A stretch of 64,000 bases of DNA from Selaginella moellendorffii (taxonomy: Eukaryota; Plantae; Lycopodiophyta), in assembly GCF_000143415.4 (NCBI RefSeq), contig NW_003314263.1, forward strand, positions 557,035 through 621,034, given 5' to 3'. The notes under the pieces are model-generated. The model was not told where the DNA came from. It saw nothing but the letters and a program-made list of their open reading frames with translations, and did no database searches. A program made the translations under genes and the position numbers. This document shows positions 39,318 to 49,900 of this stretch, piece by piece (the first letter of the stretch is position 1; the number at the start of each line of letters is the position of its first letter).

Positions 39318-39709
39318 GTCGAGCATTTTTTGGTGCATTTTTGGGTTCAAAATTGCATGAGCCCACACGCTATAAAGTTTACCTGTACCAAAAATAGAAA
39401 CAGCTTTATTTACTTGGGAATTTAAGTGGTTGAGGCATTTTTAAACTTACAAACACATGCCCTACTTACATTCCTTTGGTTGCCTAAAATTCAAAAATAT
39501 TATAAACCTTTCTTTTTGCATTTTCAATGTTTTCAATTATGGTTTTTGATTTTCGTAGGACCAGCCTAGTAATCTATTTGCATCCCGTCATGTTTATAGC
39601 TAGCTTTCGTTCGTCCCCTTCGCTAGCCTGAGATACATCTGCTCGGCATCTGCCTCTTACAGCATTTGCCCAGAAAGGGCATCTTTCTTCACGCAGCATT
39701 TGCCACATG

Positions 39710-39742
39710 TTTAGGGTTTAGGGTTTAGGGTTTAGGGTTTAG
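39710..39742 (+). repeat. Interstitial telomeric repeat (TTTAGGG)x4-5
   Basis: Direct reading. Confidence 0.9.
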
Positions 39743-41339
39743 CAATTCAGTAGGTTGATAAACATGCAAATACAGAACTTGATGCAAAATCCTTTGATAT
39801 GTCACAATGCCCCTAGGACCATAAACACATTTCAATAGAGAGGGTCCTTTCATTTCATAACTCCTTACGTAGATCTTGGTGAAACCAGAGTTAGTGAAGT
39901 TAGTTTCTTGTGATCCCGCATCTGATTGTGATGTCCCTTTGCAGTTTCGATGGAAAGGTCAATGCACACCAAACTGTGAAATCTTGGAGCAAAATAACGG
40001 TCGGATCTATGGCAAATGCCCCTGAAACATTGTAAGGCTCGTGTGGTCTCATGTGGTGTCCGATTGAGATGCTTCTTTGCAGGGTCATCAAGAAAGACAT
40101 TGTATACCATTCTGTAAAATCTAGTTGCGATCTAACGGTTGGATCTCCAGAAAACTCAAAAAAATCTCGCGCGTGTCAGAATATCCTAGGAATATACTCC
40201 TATGTGCCCCTGAAAATGGCATGCGGCCCCACGCCATTCAAGAGATAATGCCAGATGACGCCGAGAATTTTTTGGTGCATTTTTTGGGTTCAAAATTGCA
40301 TGAGCCCACACGCTATAAAGTTTATCTTTGCCAAATAGAGAAAAGTTTATCTGTGTCATGTGAGGTAGTTACAGTCCTTTGTGCTCGGCATCTGCCTCTT
40401 GCAGCATTTGCACTGAAAGGGAATTTTTCTCCATTCAGCATTTGGCCCTGAAAATGGCATGCGCCCACACGCCATTCAAGGAATAACGCCACAGGACGCC
40501 TGGAGTTTTGGGTTTAAAATGTTTAGGGTTTTTTGGGTTTTTTCAAAATATTTTGGGTCCAACGTTTTTTGGGTTTCTTTGGTTCAAAATTGCATGAGCC
40601 CACACGCTATAATATTGATTTGAGAGAAAAATAGAAACAGATAGAATTTCTTTATTTAGCTGAACATCTGCCATTTTTGGAAATACAAGATGCTTTGGAA
40701 TATCCAATCATGCATGGTATAAATATAGCGAGGGTATTAAATGATATCCCAATCATGATCTTTCTTTTGGATTTCGCGTGCATGCAGTCCGAGGAATGAT
40801 GACGTTGCGGATTTCTTTTGGATTTTGCGTGCTTGCATGCGCACGGCAATCCAGAAATTAATGGTGGCGCCCAAGTCCGAGGAATGATGACGTGGCGGGA
40901 TTACCAACCGTTGTGACATTTCGCGCGTGTGAGGTTAGGTTTTGCATTTTGCTTTGTACTTGCGCTCGCACACTCGCGCTCGCGCTCGCATCACACTCGC
41001 GCTCCCGCTCGCATCGCGCTCCCACTCGCGATCACGCTCACTTCTCTACAGGTTTCTCGTGTGCATCGGCGTCCACTCGCGCTTGCATCACACTCGCGCT
41101 CGCATCGCGCTCGTGTGCATCGGCGTCCACTTCAAGACACACCCAGTTTGTAACTTCGCCGCCAACTCCGCCGCCCACTCCACCACCCACACGCAGCCCA
41201 CTTGGCGTCCCGGGAGATTTCAGCACCACTCTCCAACTGTAAGTGGCAGAGTAGCCTTGCTGCTACGATCCGCTGCACACACAGTGCACATTCGCCAGCG
41301 AGTCCGGCCTCGATTGTCACGGCCTCCATTCGGCTTCAA

Positions 41340-44300
41340 ATGGTAAGTCTTTTAGACGAAGTAGAAAATGGCATGAGGCCACATGCCATTCAGTAGCAAC
41401 ATTGGCATGCACCGATTGGGCTCTCGAGTGCAGTCCGGTTACAGATGGCGTGTAGCCTCACGCCATCTTAGGATGCAGCCTCAAGACATCTGATGCAGTG
41501 GTGAATGGCGTGTGGCCTCACGTTATTTCCAGCTGCTAGCTTTTCATCTGTCAGCTCTAATTGTTGTGCATTTTTGAACAGGCGAGGAATTGCGTTCTTC
41601 TTCCAGCCACTGTCAATGTGGATGCAGAGAAGGGGGAGGAGCTCACCAGTTGGACTTTCGGGATGGAAGGCGAGGATCTGATGCTGTACAACACAGATGG
41701 TGGGAGAAAAGAATGCATGGGGATCCTCATCCAAGTGACAGACACTCCATGCAGTTCCATGCAAGAATATGGACTGGCACTTGTGGTAGAGACAGCGTCC
41801 GCCTTCAAGATCCACCTTGCACATCCTAGCGGCTTCCCGGAGGGGGGCAGCGGCTATGAGGAATTCCTAGAGGGAGCTAGGGAGAGGTTGTCCAGGAGGC
41901 CCACAATTTCAAAGACGCTGCGGGTCTATGAAGATCACATGGAATCCACGGACCTCACCTACGGCGATGTTCAAAAACTATATTCCAACATTGAGCCATT
42001 GAGAGTGCCTCCAGTTTGCGAAGCGAAGGGGAAGGGGGTCGATCTGGAAACTACCCCGAAGCAGAAAAGGGTGGTCAAGCTCAAGCCGACGTCCGACTCT
42101 GCTGCTCCAAAAAAGAAGCTACTCGGTGATGCCATTGCCTCGGGTTCGAACACTACACCCACCAAAAAGAAGAGCCGCAAAGAGCAGAAAGAGCAAGAAG
42201 AGGCAGCAAAAATCGTCGCAGATAATAGTACTTGTTACTATTCCAACAAAGTATATACAATCGACGTGAGCCGTATCGAGATCCAAAGCAAATACAACCA
42301 CAGGCTAGTATCTGATGAGTGGGTGGAGAAACTGAAGCAGAAGATGCTGGCAAGTCCAGTAACACCCGACATCGCAGACGTGATCCCCTACTACCGAACA
42401 ATGAAGGGCGAGACGAGGTTTCCAGACTTGATCAATAGGAAGGTGTTGGACGATCAGAACATCCGGTTCTATGCCGTCTCCGGGCAGCATTCTAGCTTGG
42501 CGATGCAACAGATAGTTGTGGATATTATGGTGGGCGAGGAGGTGAAGAAAGTCTTCAAGACAAGAGTTGTCCGCCTGATAAAAGGCAACTCGCCCCTCCG
42601 ATCTATCATATACATCTCCCACGCGCAGAATGTCAAGCAAGAAACGTGCTACAAATCGGGTCTGCACGAAACATTGGCACGAACACGGAAGCTCTGGGTT
42701 CAACTGAAGAAGCCACAAAAACCAGGACAAGGACGTGCACTAGCAACTAGCGCCTGGCAGGTAAGCCTCGTTGCATGTGGCATAGCATGTGGCCTCACGC
42801 CATTTCCATTGCAGGAATTCTCGAGTCTTCTCTCGAAAACACTGGGGGTCAATGACACACTCAGCATCCATAACATTCTACTCGCGACAAAAGTTGTTTT
42901 TGACAAATGGGTAGATGTGCTAAGGAGGTACCATGACGGGGAGTTGCTAAACTCAATGGGTGTGGAGGACGGCCGGAAGCCCAATGATTTGAAGCTCAAC
43001 GCCTTGCGTTTCTCGCGGTCTCTAGACGACGACGACCTTCTGACAGTGGCTAATGCTCTTCTACTTGGTGAGGTAGTCTTCAACAAGACCAAAATGACTC
43101 CCGGCCATATTGTGACATACGAGGACTTGTGCACGACTCTGAGAGCTCGTGCGCTATTGAAGGATTGGATCTTCGAGCAAGTGGCCGTGGCGAGGGTGAG
43201 CATCGACACCACGCAAGAGATGATGGAAGAGCTGGACTTGTCAAATGAAGACATCGACGAGTACGTGAAGGGGGCCCCCAAGTTCATCGATCTGCTGCGG
43301 GATGCCACGAAAAGTAAAGCTGAGAAGTTGGATCAGTATCCAAATTTCATTAAGAGGGATGTCGACCGCCGGCTTCAGAAACAGCTCGACCCCGCAGCAG
43401 AGGCCTATCGAGAACCTTACCGGGTATACGTGAATTCGGATGAGGATCAAAGGTGGAGGAGCATCGTTTCCCGCGGAGATGAGCAGGTCAAGAACATCTT
43501 TTGTGTGATGGACTTCACAAACGAGGAGATCACTCATGCAGACGAAGTCAGCTCCATCATTGACTTAATGGTGGGACTTGCGGAGGTGGAATCTTCAATC
43601 CACTATATGATCTACGACTCCGAATCCTATCACAAGTTCTGGAAGGCCTTGAACGAGGTGAAGGCTCGGTTGAAAGGCAAGGAGATGCGGGAGATCCATG
43701 GGATAATGGCTAAGAAGAAGATACCGACGAATGTCCGCATCTTCACAGTCGCCCTTGTTATTGGTCCTGCAGCAGAGTGGGACTGGAGTGACTTCCCAGC
43801 TTCGTTCAACAAAGCCGATCGAATTGATCTGAGGGAGGTCAATTTACCCGTGCCTGAGGAACTGAAGACGGCTATGGAGCTTTCGAATCCAAAGAAAGCT
43901 CCAGGTGCAGCATGGGAAATGCTCAGCTGGGTCTTCAATGCAATAGCGGGTGACTCCAAGGGCAAATGCGTTGTCGAGTACAACTGCGGCGGACTATTCT
44001 TTCGAGCCGCACTACTCAAGGGTGTCCCGTGTGTTGCGATGACAAACTCCATTGAAGAGGTGACTTCAATGGAGCATATAATTACAGTTGCCAAAGAAAA
44101 ACAGTATCTTCTCTACGAACCTGGTGAGTACGCACTTTAAGTTTAAATGTTATCTCACAAGCTCTGTATGCAGGAGCGTGGCCACCCCCAGATGCTGAAA
44201 CGGCGTTAACAGCTACTGATGTTAGGCCGAGGTCACAACCTGCACAAGGTAAGGTCACGTGAGGCCTCACGCCATTTTGATTATAGATCGTTGTGAATAT

Positions 44301-46930
44301 TCAGACACGAGGACTGAAAAGCGCACTGGTGGCGCGTCGAAGAAGGACAAACAGACAAGCAATAGGAAAAAAGGAGGTACAAATTATATTTGCAATGGCG
44401 TGTGGTCTCATGCCATTCCTTGCAGGAGACACTTCTTCAAAGGCAAAACAGGCAAGCACCAGCCAAGCTCAAACTGACAGTGGTCATAAAAAGCGAAAGC
44501 ACGTTGGACAGTCGTCGGGATCAGAGGCGTTTGATTTGAAAAGGAAGAAGGGCAACGAAAAGGTGATAGGTAATGCCTCGCGGTTATGGCGTGTGTGCTC
44601 ATGCCATTCATTGCAGATCAAGGGCTGAGTGAAAGGAGCCAGTCACCACCTTCTGACTCAGATTCCTATGGCAGACTCCCCTTCCCCAATCTCAATGGAG
44701 AGGTACAATGGATGAGGGATGCTTTTCAAGTTAGGGCCACGTTTTTCTCATCTCGTCGTCTTCGAAGGGTGCAAGAACGTGCAGAAACCATGTTAAGACA
44801 GTCGGGTGAGGATACGGTCCTAGGTCACGCACTAAAACAGGCTATGGATGTCTTGTATTTTGAGATGGAGACTCGGCCAGATGATTTTTCCAAGATGGTC
44901 CTGGAAAAACAAGCAATCCAGCCTGAGCAGCCTATGGAAGAAATGCAAGAGGGGGATGAGGAGCCAGAGAAAGATAATGAGCAGGAAGAGCAGAAGGACG
45001 AAGAGGAGGACGAAGAAGAGGAGGATGAAGAAGAAGGAGAAGCAGGAGGCTTGGATGGTCCTCACAATGGTGACGATCACAATAACGACGATGACGATGA
45101 TGACGATGATGGCCAGCCTGAGGTGGCCAAAGAGCAGCGGAGGAAGGTCATACAAGACAAACCATCAGGTAAATAATAGTACATCCATTCCTAACCTTTT
45201 ACCATTTCTAACATTGTCCATGTAGGTCGCAGAAGAAATGGTAAGTAGAGATTATTCAGTTGAATTAAGATACAAACTCTAGCCTTTAGTGTCGAGGAAG
45301 GATAGTGCCAAGCAAGGGTCGAAACGTATGTCCAATCCTTCAGAATCAGCAGTGCGCCCAAGTGATATCGGTCCTAGTTCCTCAATAGCAGTTGATGGTA
45401 AATACAGTATAGTCGATTCAATGTGCTAATGAGTTTGTTTTTAGTAGCACGGGAGGATACCATCTCAATCGAAGGGAGATATTTGGACATGCATATGGAT
45501 CCGCCAGTGGACTCTACTTGCCTGCAAGAGTCATCAGAGCTGGTGGAGGCTACTATCCATATCAACGCCAAGCAAGCTGACCACGCTCCACTTGATGCTG
45601 CCCATACCACTGAGTCAATCTTGTCCACGTATCCAACTGACGGTGACCAGGCGCCATTGGACCCGCATGAGGCCGCCCCAGCCGCCGAGCCGGTCGTATC
45701 CTCATTTCCAACGTGTGCCCAATCGTCTGACTACGCGCCGTTGGAACCTCCCTACACCGCCCCTGCTGCCTGTTCGGTCATGTCCACTTTGCCAACGGAG
45801 CCACCAGCTGAAATGGCGTGTGATCACACGCCATCGGAACCACCCCATGCCACTGTTGAGCCAGTTGTACCAGAGTCTACAGCTGAAATGGCATGTGCCC
45901 ACACGCCATCGGATGCGATTGACCCCACATTGCAGAGGAGAGTATTTCCGCCCTTCACGTTTCCTCGACCAAAACCCTCTGAACGACCATCGGGAGCACC
46001 ATTCGCTAATATTGTAGATGGTAAAATTGACTTGTACCATTTTTTATGCTAACGCATTTCATTTCAGAGTCACGGCGAAAGTACTGTATCGTTTTTGATC
46101 TGAACGGTGTCCTTTTCTCCCATGAGCGTGGCTCGTCCTCGAATGTCACTGCACCCTCCAAAGCCTGCGGTCGCAAGTTGGTCAAAAGAGACAGATTCAC
46201 ATTAATCACACGGGAGAAACTGCGGGATCTAATAATGACCATGCGACACTTAAAACAGAGGGCCGGGTTCAATTTGCAATTGGGAGTTTGGACATCCATG
46301 ATGCGCCACAATGCATTAACGTTGCTACAGATGATGCACGATCAGACGCGAGTAATATTACCATTTGACTTTCTCCTAACGCAGGAGGATTGCTTGACTA
46401 TGGTCCATGTGAGGGGTAGCAAGCCCATCTTCGTCAAGGCAGAGGCTGTAGTGATGAACCGGACTGCTAGGTCAAGTGAAATCCTCATCATCGATGACTC
46501 GCCGATTAAAACTGCAGCGAACACGCACACATATGCAGTGCACCCCATCTCTTGCAGTATGGAAACTAGGGAGAAGAAACCGTATGTTCTGGGGGACCTT
46601 GCAAAACGGCTTGAAGCGATGGTGATAGAGAACCGGCCAGTCCAGGAGGTGGCTGCAGAAATCAACCAAATGGCAGATGGAACGGTATATCAGAAGCCAT
46701 TTGATCGGACAGACACCAGTCATCATTTATGGCATGTATATTGTCTAGCTAAGCACTATCCGCATCTCCATAATCTGCTCAACCGGATGGGTTCTTCGAC
46801 CACTGAACATGAGCGTGGACGTATTAGAGAAGAGATGGCATTACTATTGGGTTTAAATCCTGATAGTGTGGAGAGTGATGAAATTCCAAGATTATTGTAT
46901 AGGCGTTGGAGGCAAAAAATAACAGTCTGA
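41340..46930 (+). CDS. Transposon-borne 11-exon gene, about 1630 aa: ParB/Srx-like + degenerate amino-MTase-like + acidic disordered + FCP1/NIF HAD-like
   Basis: Exons 41340-42, 41582-42760, 42815-44123, 44174-44248, 44305-44376, 44426-44569, 44617-45168, 45226-45240, 45290-45397, 45448-46020, 46068-46930; all GT-AG, phase-consistent, no stops. Domain calls by eye. Confidence 0.75.
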
Positions 46931-49900
46931 GATGGCATGTATTTATTTAAAAATGTAACTTATTATGGCATGGGGTTCCATGCCATTGTATTAATATTAA
47001 AAGACAATTCTTTGAGAGGATTTGCATTATACTAGAAGTGTTACAGCATGTTATTGGAAGTCTACGAAGTTGTTTTATTAATAAGGGGAAAGTAAAGATT
47101 GAATGGGGACTTGGGCTCCACCTAGACTCGGAGCAACTGAGCCAATATTAAAAGGATGGAAAGAAATTGGACGACAATGACAAGGAGAAGAGAGAGGTGA
47201 AGCAGTGAGAAGTGATTGAGTAGACATTTCCTTGTTTAAAATAAAATGGCATGTGCCTCAATGCAGTTGAATTTTGTTATATTTATATACTATATAAAGG
47301 TTTGGAAACCTTATTTTACAAGTGGGATAATGACAATTCCCACTTTAACGAAATAGAGCTTACAAGGACCTTGTCCTTATTTAGCCACAAGATCACCTAG
47401 TGATCTCACCTCGGCACCTTAACAGGTTTGCCAATAGGTACTAGGTCTTCCAGACCTTTAACTTGCTAACTACGACCCCGGGGGCATCCCCCACACTTGG
47501 CGGTGCACCCAAGCCAGCCCTTCCGGCCAAGGGTCCATAGCAACTGAGACTGGGTGTCCCCATCTCATTCACCACGTCCTTGGTGCCACACTAAGCAATC
47601 TAACCGTGCATCACGACTCCGGGGCATCCCCCGCTTGGCGGTGTGCCCAAGCCAATCTCCTTATTGAGAGTCCATGACCACCGAAATATGAGTGTCCTCA
47701 TATTCCAAACCATCACCACGCCCTAGTGATTTGGGACTCGAACCCAAGCACTAGAGGGTCGGGACTCGAACCCAACCTCCGTATATGCATCTACGGACGG
47801 CATCACCCAGGATGCCTGGCGTGACTCTTCACGCCGGTGCACCAACTTATACTCAAAGCGCGCTATAGATCACAGCTTAGGAACCTGGTTCCCCACTGCC
47901 AAGTCCTTTCACTTGACAAGCCTGTGATCATGCATGGACTCCTCCATGTTTGGCCCCATGGCCCACCCTTTTTGAAATTATCACCTTCAACTAGGGTGTT
48001 TGTTCCCCTGACTTGCCAATCTCGCTTTGGCAAGTCTTCCAACCACTGTAACATGGTTCCTGCACAAGCGTGAAAGCCCTTGATCATCGACTTTCGTTCA
48101 AAGCCCTCTCTTTGAACACTCGGGAACTACTTCCCTAACCTTGATAGCCTTGCCTCATGGCAAGCTTCAAGACCACGCTTTTGCTGTGCCACTCTGATTT
48201 TGCGCGTTCCTTGAACCATTTACGCTTGGCCTTTCTAGGTACTAAGCTACCTAGAATCCTCTTTACGAACCTTGAAGGAACTCTGTCCCTTAGCTTGCTA
48301 AGGCCTCTCTTTTTGCAAGCTTTCCAATTACTATATAGTCTAACATGGACAATTCCATATTTTAGACTCTCCATGGCATCACGGTTGCTAGCAGCAACAC
48401 CCTCGAGCCCCCACTTGATTCTCCACTCCCAGCTAGCATAACCAACCTTGGTTATGCCCTTCGTTTCCTATGGTTCGGTTCTATCCCCTTACTTCTTGCT
48501 TTTGGCTTCACACCTTTCCTTCGGTCATTCTCCTCCAGACCAGGGGGATAGCTTTGCACTTTCTATCATGCCTTAGCAAGTATTTATAGGGATGAACCTA
48601 CCCGATAGCCTAGGGAGTGGTTCCTCAATCCAGGTATGCTCACCCTATAATCCCACACACCGGGATTACGTTGTTGCTTACGGGCCTTTGCATGCCCATT
48701 GCTAGCCTTGCCAAAATTCCATTTTTGGCTTTGTCCAATTCGAGTAGACAGTTTTCTCCTGTCTCCGCCACCTTGGACATTTGGATAGCACCTACTACCC
48801 ATCATTCGCTAGGGACTTAGTCCCTTCGGCCTTATCTACTGCCCTCGCGACATCAAACACCAGCTCCTAGTGTTCTAGAGTGTTTGGGTGTCCCAATGAC
48901 GGCTTCCTTGACAATGAGCATTTCCTTTTATGACATTGACTTACTATATCGCAACATAAGCAACTTATCCCTCGTAAGGGTATATCCAACTTCCCTATGC
49001 CATTAAAAAGGCTTGGGTAGCTACCTTCTACCCGTTTAACCAATTATTTCGCACCTCTTGCTTAGTTGCCTCGTAGTTGTCAAATTTTACAACTCATTGC
49101 TGGTGCTTCCACACCTCCATCATTATCTGGGTGGTCACCACACTCCAACTGCATGCTCTGCAACTTAGGCTATGCCATTCCCATTTCTATTGGGATTCCT
49201 TTGGCAAGGGGTTCTCATGAACCCACTAACATAGCCTCAAGGTATCACACCTTGACACATTTGGTGTTTCCACACCTTTATGACACTTCTTCTTTGTGTC
49301 TAAGTCTTTGCCAAGACCAATACCACTCTTTCTCATGCCAACCATCCGTTAGCATTGCACTATAGAGGTCACACACAACTTTGTGTCAAAGTTGTTTTTT
49401 TTTTGGGAACACCTTTCCCACGACTTTAGCATGGCATATTTTGCCATCGATGAGATACCCTCTGTTCTCATCCTTGGATCCTATGATCCCCCCCCATCCT
49501 TCGTGGGGTACAACACACCTCAGTCCAAATGCTTCCATCAGTCCTTTTAGGACCATCCCTTGACTCTACTTGAGTCATCCAGCAATTTTAGACTTGGTTA
49601 ATCCACAGACCTGTAAGGTCCTACTTGTGAGGCACTAGCTCACTGGAATACACTTCTTGCATTCCTGTCCTACTCAAAAAGACTATTTTCACAAGTGTTA
49701 CTCTGACACTTGATTTTGTTCTCTGGGGTTAACCTTTGCCCCTTAGGACTACTTGTCCATGTGATGAGGATAGCAACTCATATTTAAGTACACCCCCAAT
49801 TCCTTGGGTTGTTCCAGCATTTATTAGAGGTAGCCCTGGCTACCATTTCAAGGACTGGTGTCCTCTTCTGTATTTGACCTCCCACAGTCAACAATTCCGG

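Larger units (their letters stand above)
34213..47268. repeat. Dispersed family of about 26 palindromes ATGGCRTG-N6-CAYGCCAT
   Basis: Approximate starts: 34213, 34530, 34618, 35030, 36522, 36579, 38425, 38495, 38592, 39213 (x3 partial), 39353, 40215, 40296, 40453, 40591, 41367, 41444, 41505, 42782, 44256, 44394, 44586, 45812, 45887, 46966, 47245. Confidence 0.9.
33987..47361. mobile_element. 13.4-kb TIR DNA transposon, Sola-like, nested in B
   Basis: Perfect 24-bp TIRs AAGCTCTATTTCGTTAAAGTGGGA (33987-34010 and 47338-47361); 4-bp TSD ACAA; encodes a DDD-type transposase. Boundaries are solid; the superfamily call is tentative. Confidence 0.85.
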
